Source: an uncultured Dehalococcoidia bacterium
Lineage (GTDB): Bacteria > Chloroflexota > Dehalococcoidia > Lucifugimonadales > GCA-2712585
Length of the DNA: 64,000 bases
NCBI GenBank assembly: GCA_958295715.1
Contig: OY282371.1
Span: forward strand, 1,406,267 to 1,470,266
Direction of reading: 5' to 3'
Part shown: positions 19,566-28,264 of the stretch, piece by piece
Layout of the letters: the number at the start of each line of letters is the position of its first letter
Position numbering within the stretch: the first letter of the stretch is position 1
The notes under the pieces: model-generated
Told to the model about the DNA's origin: nothing
The model's database searches: none
Seen by the model: the letters and a program-made list of their open reading frames with translations, nothing else
Program-made: the position numbers and the translations under genes

Positions 19566-20679
19566 TGGTCCTCTCGATGGTGTCGCGATAGAAGTCCACG
19601 ACCCGCAGGGCGACGGTCTTCCAGCCGTAGGCGTTGACCGTGTCCCTGCCCTTGGCCCCCATCCTTTGGCGCAGTCGCCGGCTGCGGATTAACCGGGCCA
19701 GGCCCTCGGCCAGGGCCTCCCCGTCTCTGGGCGGGACCAAGACACCCTGCTCCTCGTGGCTGACCACGGAGGAGTAGCCCTCTATGTCCGATGCGACGAT
19801 GGGCTTGCCGGCGGCCATGGCTTCGAGCAAAACGATGCCAAAGCTCTCCTTGCCGGTGGCGGGGGAGCAGAAGATGTCGGCGGTGCGGTAGTACCTGGGA
19901 AGCATGGCGTAGTCCACGGCGCCGGCGAACACCACGTCTTGCAGGCTCCGCTCCGCCAGTATCCGGTAGCAGTATCTATCGGGGTTGCCGGGGCCGACTA
20001 TAATCAGCCGGGTGTTGGGGAAGTCCCATTTGAGGCGTCCGTAGGCGTCTAGGAGGTAGCGGAGGCCTTTGCGCTTCTCCAGCCTTCCCACAAACAGGAT
20101 GTTGATCTTGTCGTCCCGCAGTTCAGGCACGGGGTCGGCATCGGCGGCGAAGAAGCCGAGGTCTACTCCGTTGGGGATTATCGTGTAGTCGTGGGGGAAG
20201 AACCGTTCTACGTGGCTGAGGGCCGCGCCGGAGACGGCGATGCGTCCATCCAAGCGTTTGAACCAGCGTTGCAGTAGGGGGCTGCTCCACCGGTACATGC
20301 GGGTGTTGCCGTGGAAGGCGTGGAAGGTGCCCACGTTTACGGATTCGGAGCACTGGAGCACGGCCAGGGGCAGGTAGGGGGTTAGGGGTTCGTGAAGGTG
20401 AATGACGTCGAACCGCTCCTGGCGAAGGAGGCTGCGCACCTTGCGATAGAGCCAGGCCGATAGGGATATGCGGGCTATGGACCCGCCGGTTGGTATGGGG
20501 AGGCTGCGGCCCAGAGGCACGAAGTTGAGGCCGGGGTTCTCAAGCCGGGAGGGCGAGAAGGGGGCCAGTATCTTTACCTCGTGGCCCATGACCACCAGTT
20601 GGTTGCCCAGCTGAGAGATGTGAGCGGTGACTCCACCGGGCCAGGTGAAGTCGTAGGGCGACACCAGGGCAATCTTCAT
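19522..20679 (-). CDS. GT4 glycosyltransferase, PimA-like
   Basis: 385 aa. N-terminus MKIALVSPYDFTWPGGVTAHISQL..GHEVKILAP parallels PimA. C-terminal FGIVLLEAMAAGKPIVASD. Confidence 0.8.
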   Translation of the reverse strand: MKIALVSPYDFTWPGGVTAHISQLGNQLVVMGHEVKILAPFSPSRLENPGLNFVPLGRSLPIPTGGSIARISLSAWLYRKVRSLLRQERFDVIHLHEPLTPYLPLAVLQCSESVNVGTFHAFHGNTRMYRWSSPLLQRWFKRLDGRIAVSGAALSHVERFFPHDYTIIPNGVDLGFFAADADPVPELRDDKINILFVGRLEKRKGLRYLLDAYGRLKWDFPNTRLIIVGPGNPDRYCYRILAERSLQDVVFAGAVDYAMLPRYYRTADIFCSPATGKESFGIVLLEAMAAGKPIVASDIEGYSSVVSHEEQGVLVPPRDGEALAEGLARLIRSRRLRQRMGAKGRDTVNAYGWKTVALRVVDFYRDTIERTNGSKSAGTRKTPAP

Positions 20680-20722
20680 TCAACGGCCTCGCGCGTCGTG
20701 ACGGGCTTAAGAATGTATACGG

Positions 20723-21793
20723 CTATTCTTGGGAAATGAAGTCCTCCACCATCTGTCTGGCCTCGTCGTCGCTGTACTGAGTGGGCGGCGACTTCATAAA
20801 GTAGGCGCTGGGGCCAACCACGGCTCCGGACTCCCCCCTGTCCATGGCCAGCTTGCAGCAGCGTATGGCGTCCACCACCACGCCGGCGGAGTTGGGGCTG
20901 TCCCACACCTCCAGCTTAAGCTCCATGTTCACCGGGGCGCCGCCAAAGTTATGCCCCTCAATGCGAATGTAGCACCACTTCCTATCGTCCAGCCACGGCA
21001 CGTGGTCGCTGGGGCCGATGTGGATGTTGCCCGGGCCGATGTCGTAGTCGATCTGGGAGGCCACGGAGTTGGTCTTGGATATCTTCTTGGAGACCAGCCG
21101 CTCCCGCTCCAACATGTTGAGGAAGTCGGTGTTGCCGCCGAAGTTGAGCTGGTAGGTCCTGTCAACGGTGACGCCCCTATCGCGGAACAGGCGGGTGAGG
21201 ACGCGGTGGGTGATGGTGGCGCCTATCTGGGACTTGATGTCGTCGCCCACAACGGGAAGGCCGCGGCTCTTGAAGCGGTTCTGCCAGTACTCCTCCCTGG
21301 CGACGAAAACGGGGATGCAGTTCACGAAGCCGCAGCCCGCGTTCAGGACCTGCTCTATGTACCACTTGGTGGCGTCCTCGCTGCCGACGGGGAGGTAGTT
21401 GATAACGACGTCGCACTCCCGCTCCTTCAGAATCCGGGTGACGTCGGCAGTGGAGCCGGGCGCCTTCTTCACGATGTCGGACACGTACTTCCCGATGCCG
21501 TCGTGGGTCATGCCCCTCTCCACCTGAACGCCCATGTGAGGCACCTCGGCGAAGGGTATCGTGTTGTTGGGCTTGGCGAAGATGGCCTCGGAGAGGTCCT
21601 TCCCCACCTTTTGGCCGTCGATGTCAAAGGCGGCCACCACGTTTATGTCGCCTATCTCGTAGTCCCCGATGCGGGGGTGCATGAGTCCGGGGATGGACTC
21701 GCCTTCCGGTATCTCGCGGTACTTGTGTATGCCCTGCACGAGGGACGAGGCGCAGTTCCCCACGCCTATAATGGCTACGTTTATCTTCCCCAC
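20723..21793 (-). CDS. ino1: myo-inositol-1-phosphate synthase
   Basis: 356 aa. [23 protein letters not shown] site, bacterial/archaeal MIPS pattern. GTG start 7 nt after AAGGAG. Confidence 0.85.
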   Translation of the reverse strand: MGKINVAIIGVGNCASSLVQGIHKYREIPEGESIPGLMHPRIGDYEIGDINVVAAFDIDGQKVGKDLSEAIFAKPNNTIPFAEVPHMGVQVERGMTHDGIGKYVSDIVKKAPGSTADVTRILKERECDVVINYLPVGSEDATKWYIEQVLNAGCGFVNCIPVFVAREEYWQNRFKSRGLPVVGDDIKSQIGATITHRVLTRLFRDRGVTVDRTYQLNFGGNTDFLNMLERERLVSKKISKTNSVASQIDYDIGPGNIHIGPSDHVPWLDDRKWCYIRIEGHNFGGAPVNMELKLEVWDSPNSAGVVVDAIRCCKLAMDRGESGAVVGPSAYFMKSPPTQYSDDEARQMVEDFISQE

Positions 21794-21857
21794 TCAGTCA
21801 CTCCTTGCTGGCGCGGGGCCAGCGCTGATGTTGTGTTGTAAGGCGGCAAGGTTAGCT

Positions 21858-21866
21858 ATTCTAGCA
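21858..21866 (-). promoter_or_regulatory. extended -10 box TGcTAGAAT upstream of ino1
   Basis: Minus-strand TGCTAGAAT, about 65 nt upstream of the GTG at 21793. Confidence 0.3.
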
Positions 21867-21937
21867 AATTGGGGGGCGGTTCCTCAAGGCGGCGGGCGTG
21901 GCGCCTACGCTGTCTTTTCGTTTTGTCGGCGCCGGGG

Positions 21938-22540
21938 CTAGTCGGCGGGGTTGGAGAGCCACAGGTCGAAGGGGAGTTCGTAGCTCAGCAGCTTGCCGCC
22001 TATGATGTTTTCGAGGGGCACGGCGAAGTGGCCGTCCCAGTGGCGGGAGTCGTTGCTGTAGCGCCGGTTGTCCCCCATGACAAAGTACTCGTCCGGGCCC
22101 AAGGCCGGGAACGCCATGGTCTCGTCCCGCGGCCTAACGTCCAGGTACGGCTCGTTGAGGAGTTCCCCGTCTATGAAGGTGAGGCCGTGGGCTATGGTGA
22201 CCCGCTCGCCGGGTAGTCCGATAACCCGCTTCACAAAGCTGCGTTCGGGGTTTTGGGGGAAGCGGAACACCACCACGTCGCCTCTTTGGGGGCCGCCGGA
22301 TAGGAAGGGGTACACCACGCCCCTATCCGACGCGTCCCAGAAGGGGATGAGCCTTGAGAACCGGGCCATGTCCACCTTGGCGTACTTGACCTTGTTCACG
22401 GCCACGTATTCGCCGGGGTTAACCGTCGGCGACATGCTGGAGCCTTCGACCTGGAACTGCTGAACGCTCACCTGGAGGATTGAGAAGACTATCAGGGCCA
22501 TTATGAAGGCCTCGGTGAAGTCTTTTAGCAGCTTAAACAA
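21938..22540 (-). CDS. lepB: signal peptidase I
   Basis: 200 aa. N-terminal TM, GSSMSPT catalytic Ser box, KRVIGLPGE, GDNRRYSNDSR. Confidence 0.9.
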   Translation of the reverse strand: MFKLLKDFTEAFIMALIVFSILQVSVQQFQVEGSSMSPTVNPGEYVAVNKVKYAKVDMARFSRLIPFWDASDRGVVYPFLSGGPQRGDVVVFRFPQNPERSFVKRVIGLPGERVTIAHGLTFIDGELLNEPYLDVRPRDETMAFPALGPDEYFVMGDNRRYSNDSRHWDGHFAVPLENIIGGKLLSYELPFDLWLSNPAD

Positions 22541-22638
22541 GGGACGCCCTCGGCGGCAGAGGACCGGTTAGAGGAGACAGCGTTGGCATCGTTCCTGGCA
22601 TTGGGCCATGATAACACGCAATCGTAACACGGCGGCGG

Positions 22639-23520
22639 TCAGGGCCGGGCGCGGCGGCCCAGGAAGCTGAGTATCCAGTCGGAGAGCAGGTCCGGGCGGT
22701 CCTCCTGAAGCAGGTAGCCGCCGTCGTCCAGGACTTGAAGCTCCGACCGGGGAATGAGGCCCTGGAGTAGGGTGGCCTCGGCCCGGCCGGACGCGGGCCC
22801 CGCCCCGGAGCCGATGAGCAGGGTTGGCGCGTTCAGACCGGGCAAACTGCCGCGAATGGCCTTCATGCGGAGGGATACGTAGTCGTTTCCCGACCGGGGG
22901 GCCATGCGCGTGAAGGCCAGCAGGCCGGCGCGGGAGGCGTAGTCGGGGAAGGGGCTGCGGTACTCGGCCTTCACCTGCGGGTCCAGGTTCTCGCTGTAGT
23001 GGACCCGCCCCCGGAGGGACGCGTCTCTAAGGGAGAGGTTCAGGCGGCGAATCAGCAGGTCGCCCAGAAAGGAGCGGTGGAGCAGGCCCCGGAGCTTGGA
23101 GGCCGGGCTACGGAGGACGGGGGCTGTGTTCATCAGAACCAGGGCCCCGGTGTTGTCCGCGCGGTTGATGGCGTAGTCAAGGGCCATCAGGCCGCCCCAC
23201 TCCTGGCCCACCAAGACCAGGTTCCTCAGCCCCAACTCCCTTATGAAGATCTCCAGGTTGTCGCTGTGGAAGTCGAAGGTGTGGGCGCTGAGGGCGGCGG
23301 GTTTGTCGGAGCCGCCAAAGCCGATGCAGTCCGGGGCGAAGCATCCCCAGCCCGCTTGGGCCAGGCGGGAGAACAGGTGGCGGTAGGAGTAGCCGGAGGA
23401 GTAGTTGCCATGAAGGAGGACCACGGCGCACGACTCCTCGGCTCCCGAATGGAAATAGTGCATCCGGTAGCCGTTGACGATGACGTAGGAGTCGGGGTAG
23501 GGGAACCGGTGATGGCTCAT
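22639..23520 (-). CDS. alpha/beta-fold hydrolase (haloalkane dehalogenase/epoxide hydrolase-like)
   Basis: Start set at MSHHRFPYP (ATG 23520). HGNYSSGYSYRHL oxyanion region. Nucleophile elbow reads VGQEWGG. Confidence 0.75.
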   Translation of the reverse strand: MSHHRFPYPDSYVIVNGYRMHYFHSGAEESCAVVLLHGNYSSGYSYRHLFSRLAQAGWGCFAPDCIGFGGSDKPAALSAHTFDFHSDNLEIFIRELGLRNLVLVGQEWGGLMALDYAINRADNTGALVLMNTAPVLRSPASKLRGLLHRSFLGDLLIRRLNLSLRDASLRGRVHYSENLDPQVKAEYRSPFPDYASRAGLLAFTRMAPRSGNDYVSLRMKAIRGSLPGLNAPTLLIGSGAGPASGRAEATLLQGLIPRSELQVLDDGGYLLQEDRPDLLSDWILSFLGRRARP

Positions 23521-23591
23521 GGATAAGTTCCTAACCCGCGCCGGACCCGGCGAAGTTTGTCGTTGGGCTGAGAGGGGAACGACCCGCCGCT

Positions 23592-24548
23592 TTAGAAGAT
23601 GGCTATGGGGTTCACCGGGGCGCCGGTGCCGTTGGCCATTCGCAAGGGCGTCACCACGGTGAGGAACTCGTAGCGGCCCTCCTGCTTGCACATGCGGGCC
23701 ACCTCTTCAAAGTTGCAGTTGTCGAGTATCCAGCAGCCCATGGCGGTGAGGATGACCTGGTGAACGGGCAGGGGAAACTCCGGGTAACCGCTGGGCAGGA
23801 CGTCCTGGGCCAGGTCCCCGCCCAACATGGCGATGTCCCGCTCCCTCAGCCAGGGGAGGCAGGCGGCGTGAAGGCCGGAGGCCCCGCCGTCGGGGGCGCT
23901 GGGGTTCCTGGGGCCTATCGCGTTGCGCCGTTCCCAGTTCCCGGTGCGTATGAGGAGGAGATCCCCCGACTCTACGGTGACGCCTAACTCCTTCTCCGCG
24001 GCGTCCAAGTCTTCGGGGAAGATGGCCTCGCGCTCCTGCATGTAGTCGACGCCCTTGAGGGTTGGAAAGTCGAAGAGGACGCCCCTGGTGACCACGCCAT
24101 TCCTGAGCAGGTCGATGCTCTCCAAGGTGGCCCCGCCGCGGGTGTGGACGGCGTCGGCGGGATGGCCGTTGTACATCTTGTCGCCGTCGAACCAGTGGGA
24201 CAGGGCGTCAACGTGGGTCATCACGTAGCCGTGGAAGACGAAGCCGATATACTCGCTGGCGTTGTGGGAGGCCATCTCCTTCTTGCCGGGGGTGTCCCGC
24301 CACCCCTCGCCGCTCTCTATCATGTAAAGGGTTGGAGGCACCGGGCCGTCGGCGGTGGTTTCCGCCACGATGGGGCGGCCCATGGTGACGCTGATTCCCT
24401 TCTCGACCAGGTTCACGGCTTGGAGCCGCTTCTCCGGGGTAATCAGGTTCATGGCGCCCAACTGGTCTTCAGCGCCCCAGCGTCCCCAGTTGCTGAGGGA
24501 GCTGTGGTACTGGCGAATGTCCGCCGCGGTGGGGAGCGTTCTTGCCAT
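23592..24548 (-). CDS. cyclase-family protein (kynurenine formamidase-like fold)
   Basis: 318 aa. SNWGRWGAEDQLGAMN start and a THVDALSHW metal motif. Confidence 0.75.
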   Translation of the reverse strand: MARTLPTAADIRQYHSSLSNWGRWGAEDQLGAMNLITPEKRLQAVNLVEKGISVTMGRPIVAETTADGPVPPTLYMIESGEGWRDTPGKKEMASHNASEYIGFVFHGYVMTHVDALSHWFDGDKMYNGHPADAVHTRGGATLESIDLLRNGVVTRGVLFDFPTLKGVDYMQEREAIFPEDLDAAEKELGVTVESGDLLLIRTGNWERRNAIGPRNPSAPDGGASGLHAACLPWLRERDIAMLGGDLAQDVLPSGYPEFPLPVHQVILTAMGCWILDNCNFEEVARMCKQEGRYEFLTVVTPLRMANGTGAPVNPIAIF

Positions 24549-24606
24549 GACGCCTCCTTTAGGGGTGGATTTAGGTTTATGTTAACTGCCGTGGGTTGGT
24601 AGAAGT

Positions 24607-24635
24607 ATTCTAGGCTGGCGGGGTGAGGGTGTCAA
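24607..24635 (-). promoter_or_regulatory. candidate promoter TTGACA-17-TAGAAT for the cyclase gene
   Basis: Minus-strand hexamers at 24635-24630 and 24612-24607. AAGGAGG RBS before the ATG at 24548. Confidence 0.45.
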
Positions 24636-24715
24636 TGGAGGATGGACGACCATCCGCCTAGCCCCCCTATTGATAGGCCCTCTTGATAGGAATCAGGGGC
24701 TGCGCCGCGCGGCGG

Positions 24716-25456
24716 TTAGCCGGTGAGCTTGGGGCAAAGGTTGGTCAGAGGACAGCCCGGGCAGTCGGGAGCGGTGGGACGACACCACTCCTGGCCGATG
24801 TTCCAAGCCGGCCAGTCCAGTTGAGCCGGATAGTCGGGATTCAGACGCTGAGCGGCTTCCACGGCCGCGCCCTCGGATTCGGAAGACGCCAGGCCGGCGC
24901 GCTTGAACACCCGCATAACGTGAACGTCGGGCTTCACGTCAATCTCGCGCTCCTGCCCCTTGAACATGCCCCAATCGTCATGCAGAAGGCGAACGGCCAT
25001 GCTCGCTATGCCGGGGCCGACGCCGTGTATGCTCCGGAGCCGCCGCGACGCCTGGGTGGGGGAGACCCCTTCCCAGATGGCGGCGGCGTTGCCTCCATGT
25101 TTAACGACCAGGGCCGCCGCTTCCTTCAGGGTTCTGGCCCCGCCGCCGTAGCGGGGTCTCACGGGCAGGCTTTCCAGCAGCCGCTTCAGGCGAGCCTCCG
25201 ACGACGAGGCCAGCTTGAAGGGGTCCAGCATCCCCCGCTGGTCTATCCGGTAAGGGATCTCCCACGCGCTCTTCCAAGGCAGGCCCCTATCGAAGGCCGC
25301 GCCCACCAGGAAGGCGAAGGGGTTGGTGTAGACCAGGTCTCCCACGTGCTTGGGGAGCCTTTCCCTGTCGGGCTGGTAGTAGCGCTGGCCGTGCTCCTTC
25401 AGGGCTTCCACCACGGCCTTGGAGCCGTCCGGAGTTGCTGAGGTATGCCGCGTCAT
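24716..25456 (-). CDS. HhH-GPD superfamily protein with Fe-S cluster loop (DNA glycosylase-like)
   Basis: 246 aa. HhH segment IHGVGPGIASM. C-terminal CRPTAPDCPGCPLTNLC (C-X6-C-X2-C-X5-C). ATGA overlap with the upstream gene. Confidence 0.7.
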   Translation of the reverse strand: MTRHTSATPDGSKAVVEALKEHGQRYYQPDRERLPKHVGDLVYTNPFAFLVGAAFDRGLPWKSAWEIPYRIDQRGMLDPFKLASSSEARLKRLLESLPVRPRYGGGARTLKEAAALVVKHGGNAAAIWEGVSPTQASRRLRSIHGVGPGIASMAVRLLHDDWGMFKGQEREIDVKPDVHVMRVFKRAGLASSESEGAAVEAAQRLNPDYPAQLDWPAWNIGQEWCRPTAPDCPGCPLTNLCPKLTG

Positions 25457-25896
25457 CTTTGAGCCTCCTTCTTGAGCCAGGCCATCTGCTCGCCCTGCCT
25501 CATGTGCGCCAAGGGTGTCTCAACCGCCACTCCGCGCCTTTCCAGGGGCTGGAGCAGAAGCCCGTAGTAGTCCCTGCCGGCGAGGAAGCAGACGCGCCGG
25601 ACGCCGCCCAGATGCGGTTCCAACGCGCCCATGACGCCATCCGCCCACCGGCGCCGCTGGGCAATCGTAAGGGAACCCATGTAGGTGTCGTACGGCGCGA
25701 TGACCTCCTCCGGCGAAACTACCCCGTGCTTGGCCGACAGGATGAGCCACCGGCCGCCCAGTCCCTCCACGTAGCGGCGGCACAGCTTGAAGCGCGTCGA
25801 GTCGTAAAGCTCCTTGGCCGGCAGAGGCTCCGCCCGCTTCCCCTTTACGCAGGAGACGAGGTAGAGGGTGGACACGCAACCGCTATTCCTCATCAT
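25453..25896 (-). CDS. DUF6884-like protein (function unknown)
   Basis: 147 aa. Pattern LVSCVKGK..PAKELYDSTRFK..ILSAKHGVVSPEEVIAPYD, recalled as DUF6884-type. ATGA overlaps on both sides. Confidence 0.5.
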   Translation of the reverse strand: MMRNSGCVSTLYLVSCVKGKRAEPLPAKELYDSTRFKLCRRYVEGLGGRWLILSAKHGVVSPEEVIAPYDTYMGSLTIAQRRRWADGVMGALEPHLGGVRRVCFLAGRDYYGLLLQPLERRGVAVETPLAHMRQGEQMAWLKKEAQR

Positions 25897-27122
25897 GGCG
25901 CGTGGGCGGCCTCTATGGGAACCCGGCGCCGGTGGGTGGCCGGGTCCAGGTTCCAGAAGCGTATGGGGTTGTCGGAGAGGAACTTCTTCTTGCTTTCGTC
26001 GCTCAGTTCCGGGTGGTCCAGCACCTTTTGGACGGAGAAGGGGGAGAGGCAGTCGAAGTGGGAGTAGTCGGAGCCGATGATGATGCCGTTGGGCCCGACC
26101 TTCTTTTCCAGGAAGGGGAGGTAGTCGGCCTCCTCCGGCTCAAAGCAGATGAAAAGCTGGTCGCCGAAGTAGTCGTTGGGGTCCTGGTGGCGGGGGGTGG
26201 GAACCGAGTCCGGCATAATCTCGTAGTGCTCTTCCAGCCGGTCCATGTAGAAGGGAAGCCAGCCGCAGCCCTGCTCAATCCAGGCTATCTTAAGCTCCGG
26301 GAACCTGTCCAAGACGCCGCTGGCGATGAAGCCCACGACGGAGAAGGGGGCGTCGATGCCCATGAAGAGGTGCTTTAGGAACTCGTTGTCGAGGCGCCGC
26401 ATACCCACCGACTCGTGGAGCTGCTGGTGTATGGATATGGGCATCCCCAGGCGCTGGCACTCCTCCAAGATGGGCCAAAACCGCTCCTTGTAGGTCCACT
26501 CGCCCTTGAACTGGCAGGGGATGTAGGCCCCGCCCAGGCCCAGGTCGGCGGCGCGCCTGAGTTCCTTCACGGCTACGTCCACGTCGTGGAGGGGAAGGAT
26601 GGCCGTGCCCCGGATGCGGTGTGTGTAACCGTCGGTCCACTCGCTGATCCAGTCATTCCAACCCTTGGCGAAGTGGTAGGCCACCTCCGGGTTGTCCACG
26701 GTGTTGAGGAGGTTCTGGTGGAGGACGCAGAAGACGAAGGTGAGGTCGAAGCCCTCGTCGTCCAGGTCCTTGACGCGGCTCTTGGGGTCCCGCTCGCCCT
26801 CGCGGTCGTACCACTGGTCGGGGCTGTGGGGGGCGAAGTTGGCGAGCTTGCCGTGAGGCCCCGTGCGGAAGTCGGAGTTGGGGAAGACCTTGGAGTGCTC
26901 AAGCACCCAGATGTGGTCGTACTGCCGCATGGTCGACCGGCCGCTGCCGCGGGCCTCGGCGCCCAGGTCCTTCCAGTTGGAGTCAACGAACTTGCGGGGC
27001 GCGAAGGGCTGGAGGTGGGGCGGGAACCGGCGCCACAGTTCGCACAGGGTCTCATCGATGTGGGAGTCGGAGTCTACGATGTAGTAGTCGGGGAGTTCTC
27101 CTCCAAAATACTGTCTAGGCAT
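25893..27122 (-). CDS. amidohydrolase-2 family (ACMSD/decarboxylase-hydrolase-like) protein
   Basis: 409 aa. VDSDSHIDE N-terminal metal motif, later ISIHQQ and GSDYSHFD. Confidence 0.75.
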   Translation of the reverse strand: MPRQYFGGELPDYYIVDSDSHIDETLCELWRRFPPHLQPFAPRKFVDSNWKDLGAEARGSGRSTMRQYDHIWVLEHSKVFPNSDFRTGPHGKLANFAPHSPDQWYDREGERDPKSRVKDLDDEGFDLTFVFCVLHQNLLNTVDNPEVAYHFAKGWNDWISEWTDGYTHRIRGTAILPLHDVDVAVKELRRAADLGLGGAYIPCQFKGEWTYKERFWPILEECQRLGMPISIHQQLHESVGMRRLDNEFLKHLFMGIDAPFSVVGFIASGVLDRFPELKIAWIEQGCGWLPFYMDRLEEHYEIMPDSVPTPRHQDPNDYFGDQLFICFEPEEADYLPFLEKKVGPNGIIIGSDYSHFDCLSPFSVQKVLDHPELSDESKKKFLSDNPIRFWNLDPATHRRRVPIEAAHAP

Positions 27123-27187
27123 GGGGCCTCCTGTGAGATTTAGATTTGATGGATGGGCGAGAAATATCTATAGGTAGTTACTTAGCG

Positions 27188-27220
27188 CCAACGGCGGCAA
27201 AAGTCAATTGCCGCCGTTGG
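27188..27220. promoter_or_regulatory. perfect 13-bp inverted repeat (CCAACGGCGGCAA-N7-TTGCCGCCGTTGG)
   Basis: Arms at 27188-27200 and 27208-27220. On the minus strand it overlaps a TTGACT-17-TAAGTA promoter-like pair upstream of the 27122 start. Confidence 0.4.
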
Positions 27221-27224
27221 CCCG

Positions 27225-27701
27225 ACGCCTCTCGCCCCCTGCCGGCCATCGACCCTCCCTTCCGTCATTCCCGCGCAGGCGGGAAGGGCACGCGTGCCCG
27301 CTTAGGTTTGAAGAGCGTGGTTCTGCGTTGGAGGCTTTTGCCCACCCCTATCCGCATTCCCGCCCTCTTATCCGTCATTCCCGCGCAGGCGGGAATCGAT
27401 CCCCTCCTTCCGGCATTGCGACGGGGCAACGGCGCAACGGCTCGCAACCCCGGCCCTCTTTCCGTCATTCCCGCGCAGGCGGGAATCCATCTTCCACCCC
27501 TCTATTACGCCAAGGCGACCCGCGCAAATCGCCGGCAAACGCTTGCCCCCTTTCCGGCCAAGACCCTGAATGCCCCCCATATCGTCAAGGAGACAAGGAC
27601 GGCAGCGCCACGAGGGACGCGCCGGAAACGCCTCTGCGGGTGAGACCGGAATTCGGGGCGCCGGATTTGGGTCGGGGCCTCCCTGGATTCCCGCCTGCGC
27701 G
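27225..27701. repeat. REP/NIME-like repeat cluster
   Basis: Composite fwd unit at 27264-27335 (REP + GGGCACgcGTGCCC + T-rich tail). Fwd REPs at 27374-27398 and 27464-27488. Module C at 27556-27664. Truncated rev REP at 27685-27701. Confidence 0.85.
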
Positions 27702-27755
27702 TAGAAACCAGGGAGGGAGGCGGGCCTGGGAGAGCGAGCGACCCCCGTCCGGAGT

Positions 27756-28124
27756 CTAGAACTTCAGCCGGGTTTTGCGATGGGCTACTGTGATGACCTG
27801 GTATTCCATACAGCCAACGACGCCGCCTGTGGACTTCACGACAACCAGGTAAATGTTAAAGGCCTCGCTCTGCCTCTTATACCCCTCGGCGCCTATCTTA
27901 GAGCGGGCGCGCCTGCGGCATCTGCTATCCATTGAAACGATGTATACGTTCTTATTGTCACGCTTCTTATTAGACTTACGATATTTGTGGTGTCTGAGTT
28001 TGCCATTGAGCAACATGGTTTCTATGTGTTCCCGATTTATTCCGCGCTGCTGGAACCTCCTTTGAGCGTGATCCGAGAAAAAGTAACTGAAACCGGGGTC
28101 ATGGTAGAAATTCACCACGTTCAT
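27756..28124 (-). CDS. DUF4258-like small protein (toxin-type fold)
   Basis: 122 aa, low GC (line 27961 hand count 40%). FSDHAQRRFQQRGINREHIETMLLNG and a C-terminal NIYLVVV..VITVAHRK pattern. Confidence 0.55.
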   Translation of the reverse strand: MNVVNFYHDPGFSYFFSDHAQRRFQQRGINREHIETMLLNGKLRHHKYRKSNKKRDNKNVYIVSMDSRCRRRARSKIGAEGYKRQSEAFNIYLVVVKSTGGVVGCMEYQVITVAHRKTRLKF

Positions 28125-28264
28125 GTGAAACCTCCCTTAAGTTATGTTCTCTGAAGCTGCTGCGCCCAAACCTCGCCCACAGATTAACCATAAATCAGGC
28201 TGTGCGGGGATATTTACGACGGGGCGAGCGGCATGGCGCCGCGACTTCAATTCAGCGAAAAAGT

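Noticed and set aside
27146-27759. ORFs lying inside repeat clusters: 50-347, 289-516, 12264-12766, 27146-27759, 28202-28393, 34754-35390, 37599-37973, 41755-42205, 60552-60997, 61845-62666.
   Set aside because: Their peptides are just translations of the REP units in various frames (RHSRAGGNPS, IPAQAGI, FPRRRES, DSRLRGNDG, IPACAGMT). They overlap each other on both strands and have no RBS or start context.
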